Assembly: GCA_023256355.1 (NCBI GenBank)
Contig: JAGDXJ010000005.1
Location: 1,222 to 65,221, forward strand
Origin: Nitrososphaerales archaeon
Lineage (GTDB): Archaea > Thermoproteota > Nitrososphaeria > Conexivisphaerales > UBA164
Direction of reading: 5' to 3'
Length of the DNA stretch: 64,000 bases
The notes under the pieces are model-generated. The model saw only the letters and a program-made list of their open reading frames with translations, ran no database searches and was not told the origin of the DNA. Positions 47,190 to 56,936 of the stretch are shown one piece after another. Each line of letters begins with the position of its first letter. Position 1 is the first letter of the stretch. The position numbers and the translations under genes were made by a program.

Positions 47190-48332
47190 CTAAACATTGT
47201 TAAGGGATTGTTCAAGATCTTCAATCAGATCTTCGGTGTTTTCAAGTCCTACTGAAAGTCTGAGCAGATTTTCTGTTATTCCAAGTTTTTTCTTGCAGTC
47301 TTCGCTTAAAGATGATGACGCAGAAAGAACAGGGTAGGTCATTATAGACTCAGTGCCTCCCAGGCTTGGTGATGGAACTATAAGCTTCAGACGTTTTAAA
47401 ACGGAAATTGCTTCTTCTTTTCCTCCTTTCACCTTAAAGCTTACAACGCCCCCGCACCCTTTAAAATATTTTTTTGCCAGCGGGTAGTAGGGGTCTGTCT
47501 CAAGGCATGGATACATGACTTCTTCAACCTTCGGATTTTCTGAAAGGTATTTCGCAATTCTGAGCGCGTTTTCTTGCTGCATTTTTATCCTCGCAAATAA
47601 AGTTTTCAACCCCCTCAGAGTCAGGTAAGCGTTAAACGGGCTTAAAATAGATCCTGTCATCCTTCTGGTTTCCCAGAGCTCAAGGATCTTTTCTTCTTTT
47701 CCTGCAATAATACCGCCTATAACGTCGTTGTGACCGGATATGTACTTCGTAAGGCTTTCAACAACAACATCAGCGCCGTTCTCAATCGGTTTAAAGAGGG
47801 CCGGGCTCAAAAAAGTGTTGTCAACTACAAATGTGGCCTTGCCTTTTATTGCATCCCTTACTGCATCAAATTCCATCACCTTTAGCGTAGGGTTAGTCAT
47901 AGCTTCTATGAATACAAACTTTGTGCCTTTTGTTACTGCTGAAGCTATTTCTTCAGCATCTGGCATTACAACTTTAGCTTTTACGCCAAATTTTGAAAGG
48001 TAACTCAAGAGCTTTATGGTGGTTCCGTATGCTTCACATGTAACAACAGCTTCGTCTCCTGAAGAAAGAAAGTTCAGATACAAAGAGCTTATGGCGGCCA
48101 TCCCGCTGGAAAAAGCAAGAGAATCCTCAGCTCTTTCAAGCTTTGAGACAGCTTTTTCAAGATACCGCACGGTGGGATTTTCTTCCCTCGAGTACTTTAG
48201 ATCGACGTTTCTGTCGCTCTTTTTTGCTTCTCCTCTCTGTTCAAATATTGAAGAAAGATAAATAGGAGGTATTCTTGAGCCTAAATAATCATTATACTCA
48301 TGACCATGTATCGAATCAGTCTCATCATTCAA
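47190..48332 (-). CDS. PLP-dependent Cys/Met-metabolism enzyme (cystathionine gamma-synthase / beta-lyase family)
   Basis: 'FSSGMAA', 'DNTF' and 'ESLTKYISGHNDVIGG' (PLP lysine context); 380 aa. Confidence 0.8.
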   Translation of the reverse strand: MNDETDSIHGHEYNDYLGSRIPPIYLSSIFEQRGEAKKSDRNVDLKYSREENPTVRYLEKAVSKLERAEDSLAFSSGMAAISSLYLNFLSSGDEAVVTCEAYGTTIKLLSYLSKFGVKAKVVMPDAEEIASAVTKGTKFVFIEAMTNPTLKVMEFDAVRDAIKGKATFVVDNTFLSPALFKPIENGADVVVESLTKYISGHNDVIGGIIAGKEEKILELWETRRMTGSILSPFNAYLTLRGLKTLFARIKMQQENALRIAKYLSENPKVEEVMYPCLETDPYYPLAKKYFKGCGGVVSFKVKGGKEEAISVLKRLKLIVPSPSLGGTESIMTYPVLSASSSLSEDCKKKLGITENLLRLSVGLENTEDLIEDLEQSLNNV

Positions 48333-48389
48333 TTTTATAATTATTCCTAATAGAAATATAAAAACAATACTATTAATTCCTTTTAGGAA

Positions 48390-48917
48390 TCATTTAATCA
48401 ATTCATTGTATGCTTTTTTAAAATCTTCCTGGCATGATTTGCACAGCATCGGTAGCTTTGTGTCAACGTCCTTTAAACTTTTAGCATGACTCATTATGCA
48501 CGTTTCATTTAAGCAGTGTCCAAGCCCCCAGAAATGGCCTATAAGATGGGCAGCTTCTTTCATTATTCTTTCTTTTGCCAGCTTTGGATCAGAAATCAAC
48601 CGATCTTCGCTCAGGATCGCCACCCTCTCTTTTGGATCTACAATACCGAAAATTCTTGAGCCGGTTGAATCTACAATTGGCAAACCGGTTACGATAAAGA
48701 CGTAATGATGATTTTTGGGAATTGTATCCCTTAACTGTTTAAGAATCTGATCCCCATCATAAGTTTTTAAATTAACACTGAATTCCACATCTTGATGATC
48801 CCTGATGCTCATGTTATAAAGGGATGCAGCTATTTTATAGCTTTCTAAATACCTTGTTGCGTACCCATTAAGGAAATAGAGATCAATTTCAAGTTTGTTA
48901 ATCTTTTTTTCACTCAA
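48390..48917 (-). CDS. amzA: Archaemetzincin-like protein lacking the catalytic Glu
   Basis: 'HLIGHFWGLGHCLNETCIM...CKSC' fits the archaemetzincin signature HExxHxxGx3Cx4CxM...CxxC, except that E is replaced by L (codon CTT, 48543-48545 on the minus strand). Confidence 0.75.
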   Translation of the reverse strand: MSEKKINKLEIDLYFLNGYATRYLESYKIAASLYNMSIRDHQDVEFSVNLKTYDGDQILKQLRDTIPKNHHYVFIVTGLPIVDSTGSRIFGIVDPKERVAILSEDRLISDPKLAKERIMKEAAHLIGHFWGLGHCLNETCIMSHAKSLKDVDTKLPMLCKSCQEDFKKAYNELIK

Positions 48918-50157
48918 TCACTTCACCAGTCCTTGCACATGTAGCGTTTAACCCCATACTATTTAGCTCTAACGCAAAAGCTTCGCAGTTTTCCTGTTCG
49001 CCGTGAACAAGAATTATTTTTGGAGAACCTTTGAGCGACTTGAACATCTGCAAAAGCTGAGACCTGCCAGAATGGCTCGATAGATCAAACTTGCCAACCT
49101 TGGCGTTAACGCTGTAATGGTTTCCGTTAAAGTTCAAACTGCCTTCTTCAACCAGCGATCTGCCAGGTGTCCCCTCAACCTGATACGCGACTATAGCTAT
49201 ACCGTTCTTAGGGTTCTTTGAAATTTTTTTGCTGTAAAATACTGAAGCGCCTCCCATCAGCATCCCGGCTGGAGAAATTATGACGGCCGGCTCTTTTACG
49301 ATTTTTCTTCTATCTTCCCATCCATTAACATAATTCAAGCGTCCCAAAGCGTTTCTTAAAAATTCAGGATCTCTTAAAAATTGTGGATTGTTCAGAAGTA
49401 TGTCGTTTACAGTCAAAGCCATACCATCCATATAAACGTCATGCTTAAAGTTATAAGAATAATATATTTCAGCCAGCTCTTGAGCTCTTCCAACTGCGAA
49501 AGCTGGAACAAGAACAGTGCCTCCATCTTCTATTATTTCGTTAGAAAAATCTATGAGCTTTTTTTCTTCTTGTTCTCTTTCAGGATGGTCCTGCATTGCG
49601 TACGTACATTCAGACACAATATAATCTACTTCCGGAAGATCATAAGATGCAGGGGTTAGCAACCTCGTCTGTATATGGTTTATATCTCCTGTATACAGAA
49701 CTCTCTTGCTTCCCTTCATGTAAACCATGGAGCTGCCGGGTATATGTCCGGCATTAAAAAATTCGGTTTCAATACCGTTTATGTTAAAAGGTTCTTCATA
49801 TTCTATCGCTTTGCTCATCCTAACAAGTTTTTTTACTTCCTGCTGCGTGAACGGAAGCTTATCGCCTGAAATGTTTATGAGATCGTAAAGCAGAAGCTCT
49901 GTGAGCTCAATAGTAACCTTTGTAGCATAATGTGGAACGTTCCCATCTATATAAAGATAAGGCTCGTATCCTATATGATCTAGATGTGCGTGGGTCGTTA
50001 TCAACGCGGTCAAATCTTTGGGTCTTACGTGCAAAGGATGAACTATGTTTTTTCCGGGATTTAATCCATAATCTAAGAGTATTGTTGTGGAATTATCTTT
50101 TACTAAAATGCCGGAATTACCTATGTTTCCTCCGGCACCTAACACTTTTATCTGCAT
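48910..50157 (-). CDS. Metallo-beta-lactamase / beta-CASP ribonuclease (aCPSF2-like)
   Basis: 'TTHAHLDHIG', 'NAGHIPGS', 'SECTY' and 'LSSHSG'. 415 aa with no KH domains. Its 3' end overlaps the archaemetzincin start by 8 nt. Confidence 0.75.
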   Translation of the reverse strand: MQIKVLGAGGNIGNSGILVKDNSTTILLDYGLNPGKNIVHPLHVRPKDLTALITTHAHLDHIGYEPYLYIDGNVPHYATKVTIELTELLLYDLINISGDKLPFTQQEVKKLVRMSKAIEYEEPFNINGIETEFFNAGHIPGSSMVYMKGSKRVLYTGDINHIQTRLLTPASYDLPEVDYIVSECTYAMQDHPEREQEEKKLIDFSNEIIEDGGTVLVPAFAVGRAQELAEIYYSYNFKHDVYMDGMALTVNDILLNNPQFLRDPEFLRNALGRLNYVNGWEDRRKIVKEPAVIISPAGMLMGGASVFYSKKISKNPKNGIAIVAYQVEGTPGRSLVEEGSLNFNGNHYSVNAKVGKFDLSSHSGRSQLLQMFKSLKGSPKIILVHGEQENCEAFALELNSMGLNATCARTGEVIE

Positions 50158-50333
50158 TTTACCTTCAGTTTTAACTTTTTGAAAACATTAACGTGCTTAT
50201 TATTTAATCTTTCCCCAAAAACGTATAACCCAACCGGTATTTTTGACCACGAGTTAAGAGGCTTCAAATTTTGTGTTAAGGTAGTTCACAAAGGTTTATA
50301 ACGCACGAAACTACTTAAGTTTGAGGGAAACAA

Positions 50334-50768
50334 ATGTTTAAAGTGGCATCATCAGGTTGGGAAAAGCTCGATAAGGAAATATTAAGAATGAAAGAAGAAA
50401 ATCAAGTCAGCGCATTGCTTTCAGTTGAAGTTGTACCTGCTCAGGAAAACATCGATTTGCAGAAAGAGCTTAAAAACGCATCAACAAGCACTGCTGATCT
50501 ATGCGAGTTTGAGACAGACGTTCATGAAGACCATGGAGCATTGAACTGCCAAAAGTTGTTAGAAGATGGTTTTTCTGATGTACTGAAAGACGTAATAAAC
50601 AGGGTCAATTCGCTGGGCACACTGTTTGTGGCTGGCTTTCAGGCAGAAATCTACCGTGATCAGGATCTCATAATGATAATGTTTGGAGACAGCTATAACG
50701 CAACTGTGATCTATCCTCATGAAAGCGGTAAAAAACTCGAAGTAATGCAACTTGAGTTTACTATATAA
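50334..50768 (+). CDS. Hypothetical acidic protein (144 aa)
   Basis: A stand-alone ORF flanked by 176-bp and 124-bp gaps. No recognisable motif. Confidence 0.4.
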   Translation: MFKVASSGWEKLDKEILRMKEENQVSALLSVEVVPAQENIDLQKELKNASTSTADLCEFETDVHEDHGALNCQKLLEDGFSDVLKDVINRVNSLGTLFVAGFQAEIYRDQDLIMIMFGDSYNATVIYPHESGKKLEVMQLEFTI

Positions 50769-50892
50769 AAGTTTTACAAACCGATTTTGTGTAAACCTAA
50801 AAAATAAAGACGATCCAGTGTAAGGGCATTTTTCAGAGCTTTCTAAAATAAAATAAAACGTTTATTAGCAAATAATTTTAAGGTTATGCAAG

Positions 50893-52062
50893 GTGAGTAA
50901 AATGGAAATTAAGAGGAAGTCCATAATGCTTCCAGGTCCCGTGGACGTCCCTGATGACGTTTTGATGTCGATGAGCAAGCCCGTTATAAACCACAGGGGG
51001 GAAGAATTTCATCAGCTTATGTCAAACATAGAAAAGATAAGCAAGGAGCTTTTTAAGACAAAATACAACGTGATAGTTCTCTCGTCTTCGGGTACTGGTG
51101 GTGCTGAATCAGCCGTTATGAACATCATAAGGCCAGGCGACAAAGCAATAGTGCCAGTATTTGGAGAGTTCAGCGGCAGGTTAGCGCAACAGATAGAAGT
51201 TGCCAGAGGCAAGGTTGTTAGGGTTAATGCGCCTTTTGGGACGGCTCCTTCTGTCGAACAGATTGAAAAGGCTGCTTCTGAAAACAAAGACGCCAAGGCC
51301 ATATACCTTGTTTATAACGATACTTCGCCAGGAACCACTTACAGGTATGCAAAAGAATTAGGCGAAATAGCTGAAAAATATGGTATGTTTTACGTAATAG
51401 ATGCTATATCCGTGTTTGGAGGAGACGTCCTTCCGATGGATGAGTGGCATGCTGACGTTGTGATAGCAGGAAGCCAGAAATGCCTCTTTACGCCGCCGGG
51501 TTTGGCCTTAGTAGGTGTAAGCGACGACGTAATTAACTATGTAAGGAAAGACCCACCATATTCTACATACTTTAACTACGCATCGTACGTGGATTTCCTC
51601 GCAAAATATGAGACGCCATTTACCCCAGCTCTTCCGTTATTTTATGCTTTAGAAACTGCGTTAGAAAAGATAGCAAGCGTAGGATTGGAAAGGACAATCC
51701 AAAAACACAGGATAGGTGCGCAGGCCTATTATAGCGCGTTTGAATCGATGGGACTTCAGCCATTTGTGGAGGAAAAATTCAGATCAAACGTCGTGATATC
51801 TGTAAAGTACCCACAGGGAGTCGATGACATGAAGTTCAGAAAATACCTTGAAAATAATTATAATATCGTTATAACTGGCGGCTTTGGTGAGCTTAAAGGA
51901 AAAATATTCAGAATAGGTAACATGGGTATCATAGAACGCTCTAAGATTCTGCCTACCATCATAGCTGTAGGTTACTCAATGATTGCGCAAGGCATAAATG
52001 TTAATGTTGAAAAAGCTATAGGGGTGGCAGAGGAAAAATTAAAGGGGTTAGATAATATTTGA
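50893..52062 (+). CDS. Class V aminotransferase (serine-pyruvate / phosphoserine aminotransferase-like)
   Basis: 'MLPGPVDVP', 'DAISVFGG' and 'AGSQKCL' (PLP lysine). GTG at 50893, with ATG at 50902 as a possible alternative start. Confidence 0.8.
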   Translation: MSKMEIKRKSIMLPGPVDVPDDVLMSMSKPVINHRGEEFHQLMSNIEKISKELFKTKYNVIVLSSSGTGGAESAVMNIIRPGDKAIVPVFGEFSGRLAQQIEVARGKVVRVNAPFGTAPSVEQIEKAASENKDAKAIYLVYNDTSPGTTYRYAKELGEIAEKYGMFYVIDAISVFGGDVLPMDEWHADVVIAGSQKCLFTPPGLALVGVSDDVINYVRKDPPYSTYFNYASYVDFLAKYETPFTPALPLFYALETALEKIASVGLERTIQKHRIGAQAYYSAFESMGLQPFVEEKFRSNVVISVKYPQGVDDMKFRKYLENNYNIVITGGFGELKGKIFRIGNMGIIERSKILPTIIAVGYSMIAQGINVNVEKAIGVAEEKLKGLDNI

Positions 52063-52733
52063 ACCAAAATTCGTTGATATTAATAAACTATACAACTAAA
52101 ATAAAAGAAACAGGAGAAGTAATAGAGACAACCATAGAAGAAGTAGCAAAGGCTAACAAAATCTACAAGGAAGGAGCAAAGTATGAACCGAAGCTCATCG
52201 CTGTCGGTAAAGGCTGGATACTTAAAGCGCTGGACGAAGAAATACAGAAGCTTAACGTAGGAGATAAAGCTACGATTGAAGTGCCTCCTGAAAAAGCATT
52301 CGGTAACCGTGATCCTTCAAAGATAAAGGTTATACCTCTGAGAAAATTTGGGGAAAAAGCAAAAGACGTGAACGTTGGTGACCAGGTTGAATATAACGGG
52401 CAGATTGGAACAGTGATTTCAATCAACAGCGGTAGGGTTCAGATCGACTTTAACGACAGGCTAGCTGGCAAAACTCTAATATATGAAATCGAAATAATTA
52501 AAGAAATAACTGATCTGAACGAAAAGGTAGAAAAGCTAATCCAGAGAAGGATAGAGATACAGAACCCTGTATATAAGGTCGATCAGGGTAAAGTCAGGAT
52601 TGAAATCCCTGAACAGTATTTTCTTACGGATGGCCTTCAGTACATAAAGAGAGCAATAGCGAACGATATCCTTGATATAATTCCTGAGATAAACCAAGTA
52701 GAGTTTGCAGAAATATACGCTAAAAAACAATGA
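52059..52733 (+). CDS. FKBP-type peptidyl-prolyl isomerase (SlyD-like with insert domain)
   Basis: 'INYTTKIKETGEVIETT', 'GKGWILKALDEEI' and 'VPPEKAFGNRDP'. The TTG start overlaps the previous stop. Confidence 0.75.
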   Translation: MNQNSLILINYTTKIKETGEVIETTIEEVAKANKIYKEGAKYEPKLIAVGKGWILKALDEEIQKLNVGDKATIEVPPEKAFGNRDPSKIKVIPLRKFGEKAKDVNVGDQVEYNGQIGTVISINSGRVQIDFNDRLAGKTLIYEIEIIKEITDLNEKVEKLIQRRIEIQNPVYKVDQGKVRIEIPEQYFLTDGLQYIKRAIANDILDIIPEINQVEFAEIYAKKQ

Positions 52734-54004
52734 AAATACTTTTTAAAGGAAAGTATTTATTAACCGATTATTTAAACGAGCCTTTAAAAGATTTTTCAGT
52801 TCTTGTAGAAGACAAAAAAATAATTAAAACAGGAAAAACAGATGAGCTAAGGCCAGAGGCAGAAGATGTCTATGACCTGGGAAACGTTTTGATAGCGCCG
52901 TCTTTTGCAAACACACATTCTCATGTTGGAATGGCGGCCTTAAGAGGTATAGGAGAAAATAAAACCCTTTATGATTGGTTGCAAGAAGTGTGGAAGATAG
53001 AGTCTAAACTTGATTACGAGTTTCTTTACCACGCAAACGTTCTAGGCCTTGGGGAAATGATAAGCTCAGGCGTTACAGCCGTCCTCGATTTTTATGATAT
53101 ACCGCCAATGGTAAGGGCCGTTAAGGCGATAGGATTACCCGTTAAGGTAAAGCTTGGACTGGCCTTTATGGATAAGGTTCCCTACATGGAAGAAGAAAGC
53201 TGGAAAAGGCTAAGAAACATAAAAAACATTTCAGCTGATCTTTTTAAGGATGGCTTTGAAGTCTTTATTTCGCCTCATTCGCTCTATGCGGTAAGCGAGG
53301 AAATGTTAAAGGAGCTCTTCAGCATGCAGGGTTTCAGATATCAGATGCACTTTGCTGAAAATAGAGAAGAACTTGCAGAAATAAAGAAGGCTTACGATAA
53401 AAGCCCGGTTGAAATTCTGGAAAAAATAGGCGCGATAGATAAATGGCTCATACTAGCTCATGCTGTGCACCTTGAAGTAAATGAGCTCAGCAAGCTTTCC
53501 CGAAATAATATATTCGTTTCTCACTGCCCCGTTTCCAATTCCAGACTAGCGAGCGGCATAGCTAAAATAAACGAAATGAAAAGGTTTGGAATACAGGTTA
53601 GCATTGGGACGGACGGCCCAGGAAGTTCTGAAACTCTTAACATTTTTAACGAAATAAGGCTTGCAACGCTTTTATCAAGAGCCTCTACAATGAGCGTTAG
53701 CATCTCTGTAAAAGAAGCTATGAAGATGGCTTCCCTTTATGGGAATATTGCCCTGGGGTTAAACTCAGGCGAAATAAAACCAGGAAAAAACGCAGACTTT
53801 ATTGCATATGATCTGAATAAGATTTATCCATCGTGGGATCTGGTGGCTTCTCTGGGTTATCAGGGGGGGCCCGAAACCGTAAAGGATGTAATATCTGACG
53901 GATCGTTCTTAAAGAAGGATGGGGAGCTGTTATTTTATGATTTATATAAAGAAAGTTTGATTAAGGTTGAAGAATTTATATCAGGTAGAGGCGAAAAGAA
54001 TTAA
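52730..54004 (+). CDS. Amidohydrolase, MTA/SAH (or 5'-deoxyadenosine) deaminase-like
   Basis: 'FANTHSHVGMAALRG...TLYDWL', 'HFAEN', 'AHAVH' and 'GTDG'. ATGA overlap with the upstream gene. Confidence 0.75.
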   Translation: MKILFKGKYLLTDYLNEPLKDFSVLVEDKKIIKTGKTDELRPEAEDVYDLGNVLIAPSFANTHSHVGMAALRGIGENKTLYDWLQEVWKIESKLDYEFLYHANVLGLGEMISSGVTAVLDFYDIPPMVRAVKAIGLPVKVKLGLAFMDKVPYMEEESWKRLRNIKNISADLFKDGFEVFISPHSLYAVSEEMLKELFSMQGFRYQMHFAENREELAEIKKAYDKSPVEILEKIGAIDKWLILAHAVHLEVNELSKLSRNNIFVSHCPVSNSRLASGIAKINEMKRFGIQVSIGTDGPGSSETLNIFNEIRLATLLSRASTMSVSISVKEAMKMASLYGNIALGLNSGEIKPGKNADFIAYDLNKIYPSWDLVASLGYQGGPETVKDVISDGSFLKKDGELLFYDLYKESLIKVEEFISGRGEKN

Positions 54005-54012
54005 GCCATATA

Positions 54013-55029
54013 ATGGAACTGCCTGAAATTGTTATAGTCGGGGACAATACGTTTAACAAAGATAATTTATCAAAGTTAGTCAGGAAAAAAGCCCTTTTAC
54101 TTACAGGACCTAACGTAAGCGGTATATTTGCTGAAAAAATAAATTCAGCGTTAAGAGGATTTGAATATGAAAAGGAGGTTGTCAATGCATCAACGTACGA
54201 TGAGGCTGAAAGAATATATAACAAATTCATTGATAAGGATTTTGAAGCAGTAATAGGTTTTGGCGGGGGTAAGGTGCTGGATGTTGCAAAGTACTTTGGA
54301 TACAAAACAGGAATCAATGTGATAAGCGTGCCAACTTCTGCTTCGAACGATGGCATAGCCAGTCCTTTTTCTTCTTTAAAAGGAGGGACACATCCTTATT
54401 CACTTAAAGTTAAACCTCCCCGCGGAGTAATAGTAGATCTTTCTGTAATAATGAAAGCTCCTAAGAGGTTTATACTGAGCGGTTTGGGCGACCTTTTGGG
54501 AAAGTTCACTTCGATCAGGGACTGGAAGCTTGCCTGGATTGAAAAGAACGAATACTATGGAGAATACGCTTCTAAGCTGGCATACGAAAGCGCAAAACAT
54601 GCAATGATAAGCACAAAAGGAATAGAGGTTTTGAAATATGTTTCAGTAAGGAACCTTATGGAAGCGCTGATAAGCGCAGGAGTCGCAGGAGGTATAGCAG
54701 GAAGCAGCAGACCATTAAGCGGCAGTGAGCACCTTGTATCTCATGCGCTTGATATCATAGCTCCTGAAAAAGGTACGCACGGAGAAAAAGTAGCCCTGAG
54801 CACCGTTTTTATAGCTTACCTCTACGGGATTAACTGGAGAAAGATCAAATCAAAGATTCAGGAGGTTGGCTTACCTTCATCTTTTTCTCAGATAGGCATT
54901 AAGCGGGAAGAAGTTATTGATGCCGTTTTTATGGCTCCTTCGTTGAGGCCCGAAAGGTACACAATACTTCATAAGCTAAACTTGACAAAAGACGCAGTAA
55001 ATAACATACTTGACGAGATAAACATTTAA
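54013..55029 (+). CDS. egsA: sn-Glycerol-1-phosphate dehydrogenase
   Basis: Fe-ADH-fold motifs 'GFGGGKVLDVAKY', 'SVPTSASNDGIASP' and 'SGSEHLVSHALD'; 338 aa. Confidence 0.85.
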   Translation: MELPEIVIVGDNTFNKDNLSKLVRKKALLLTGPNVSGIFAEKINSALRGFEYEKEVVNASTYDEAERIYNKFIDKDFEAVIGFGGGKVLDVAKYFGYKTGINVISVPTSASNDGIASPFSSLKGGTHPYSLKVKPPRGVIVDLSVIMKAPKRFILSGLGDLLGKFTSIRDWKLAWIEKNEYYGEYASKLAYESAKHAMISTKGIEVLKYVSVRNLMEALISAGVAGGIAGSSRPLSGSEHLVSHALDIIAPEKGTHGEKVALSTVFIAYLYGINWRKIKSKIQEVGLPSSFSQIGIKREEVIDAVFMAPSLRPERYTILHKLNLTKDAVNNILDEINI

Positions 55030-55053
55030 TACAATTTCTTTGATATTATACTT

Positions 55054-55695
55054 ATGCAGGGACTTGACCTCGCTCTGGATTTAATAGAAGAAAAGCTCGT
55101 AGCTCTTAACAGGACACCAATAATAGGCTTGGGAAGTGGCAGAACAGCATCAAGAGTTTTAAAAGAACTCGGGAAAAGGTTGAACAGCAAAAAGATAAGA
55201 CCTGTAGGCATTCCTACGTCAGGTCAGATAAAGCTCGAGGTTCTTGATTATTATCTCATATCCGAACCAAACTTTAGCTTTCTCGACGTTGTCATCGACG
55301 GTGCAGACCAGGTATCAAGCTATAACGGATACATAATAAAAGGTGGTGGAGGGGCGCTTGCAAAGGAAAGGATAATCTGGGAACTTTCTAAGGAAAGGCA
55401 TGTTTTTGTATCTCAAGATAAGGTAGTTGAAAAGCTCGTTTATCCTTTACCGGTTGAGTTTCTCCCATTTTCTTACTTTCTGGTAAAAGATAGCCTGATC
55501 AGACTAGGGCTTAAGCCAAGTTTAAGGGTTGATTCACGGGGTTATCCTTTTATAACTGAAAACGGAAATTATATATTCGATGCTTCATATCCTGAAAACT
55601 CTGACCTCAAAAGCGCTTATGAAGAGATAATCAAGATACCGGGTGTTCTTGATGCTGGTTTGTTTATTTATGACATAAATCTTCATGTAATTTAA
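55054..55695 (+). CDS. rpiA: Ribose-5-phosphate isomerase A
   Basis: 'GLGSGRTAS', 'DGADQV' and 'KGGGGALAKERI'. Confidence 0.85.
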   Translation: MQGLDLALDLIEEKLVALNRTPIIGLGSGRTASRVLKELGKRLNSKKIRPVGIPTSGQIKLEVLDYYLISEPNFSFLDVVIDGADQVSSYNGYIIKGGGGALAKERIIWELSKERHVFVSQDKVVEKLVYPLPVEFLPFSYFLVKDSLIRLGLKPSLRVDSRGYPFITENGNYIFDASYPENSDLKSAYEEIIKIPGVLDAGLFIYDINLHVI

Positions 55696-55773
55696 TGATC
55701 AAGCAAAATAAAGAAACTATAGGCTTACCGAAATGCTCTGTGTATATTTATCTAAACTTTAAGTTTAAAAAAA

Positions 55774-56157
55774 TTGTCTTTTATTTGTTTATATGCATCT
55801 GTCCTACTAGAATCAGGATTTAAAGTGAGCGAAGATATGGTTTTTAAAATGGCCCAGTACATAATAGAACAGAAGGAGAGCCTTACTCCTGAAGTTCTTT
55901 CTGAATGGTATAATATAATCAAAGAAGATTATATTAAGATCGCGCCAGACGAACTGAAGGATAAACTTGAAATCGAACAGGATCCGATATTACCTATGAA
56001 GTTTAACGTTAAGGTAAGCAAAAGGGCTATAGAGTATTTTATAGCTGCGGTAGAAAAAAACCTTAGCAGGATGCCAAAACCGACCCAAATATATTTTATG
56101 AAAGTTGAAGAGCTTGTGCTGAAAAGATATGAAGAAGAAGTTAAGGGAAAAAGTTAA
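55774..56157 (+). CDS. Hypothetical protein (127 aa; start uncertain)
   Basis: An ORF with a TTG start; an ATG at 55837 is an alternative. No recognised motif. Confidence 0.35.
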   Translation: MSFICLYASVLLESGFKVSEDMVFKMAQYIIEQKESLTPEVLSEWYNIIKEDYIKIAPDELKDKLEIEQDPILPMKFNVKVSKRAIEYFIAAVEKNLSRMPKPTQIYFMKVEELVLKRYEEEVKGKS

Positions 56158-56187
56158 TAAGACGTACAATTAAACTGAGCTGATTAG

Positions 56188-56913
56188 GTGAAAAAGTTGA
56201 GTTATAACAATTACGTCTCGATATACCCAAAGAATGCATCATTAAAGGGTAAAACTCTAATAAGCGGGTTTCACGGTATAGGCGCAACCGGTTACTGGAC
56301 TGTAAAGTATCTCGTTCAAAAGCTTTCAGTAAAGAGATGCTGCATAGTTGATTACGAAGATTCCGCACCGGTTTCTACCTTGATCAACGGCATGATAAGC
56401 ACGCCTTATGAAATTTTTACGCATGACGACATAGCCATATTTAAGGTTGACGTCCCGGTACAGAAAGATAAAGAATTAAAGTTTTACAGAAGCTTTGCAG
56501 ATCAGATAATCAAGAAAGGCGTTAAAGAGGTATTTCTTGTTGGAGGGTTGGATTCTACTTTAAAGACGGACGATAGCAAATACAGGATTGCAGCAACAAG
56601 CGCATACAGGCTCAGGGGAATACTTTCTGAAGCTAAGCCTTTGGAAGATGAGCACATCATAGTTGGACCAGTTGCTATACTCTTGAATTATTTTGAAATA
56701 AAAAATTTCCCAGCAGTAGCTCTTCTCGCTTATGCTTCTCCTGACAGGGTAGATCCCAGAGCCGCCAGCGTTGCTGTTGAAACCTTATCAAAATACTATG
56801 GCTTTGAAATAGACGTCACTCCACTTATAAAAGGGGCAGAGACCATTGAAGCAGAGCTAGCAAAAGAAACATCTCAACAGGAATTTAAGCCACCCACAAA
56901 CATATATACCTAA
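56188..56913 (+). CDS. PAC2-family proteasome assembly chaperone-like protein (PbaA/PbaB-like)
   Basis: 'ISGFHGIGATGYWTVKYL' is typical of the PAC2 family. The extreme C-terminus '...NIYT' (IYT at 56902-56910) fits an HbYX proteasome-docking motif. GTG start. Confidence 0.7.
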   Translation: MKKLSYNNYVSIYPKNASLKGKTLISGFHGIGATGYWTVKYLVQKLSVKRCCIVDYEDSAPVSTLINGMISTPYEIFTHDDIAIFKVDVPVQKDKELKFYRSFADQIIKKGVKEVFLVGGLDSTLKTDDSKYRIAATSAYRLRGILSEAKPLEDEHIIVGPVAILLNYFEIKNFPAVALLAYASPDRVDPRAASVAVETLSKYYGFEIDVTPLIKGAETIEAELAKETSQQEFKPPTNIYT

Positions 56914-56936
56914 AAGAAATAATCATAAACGTAAAA

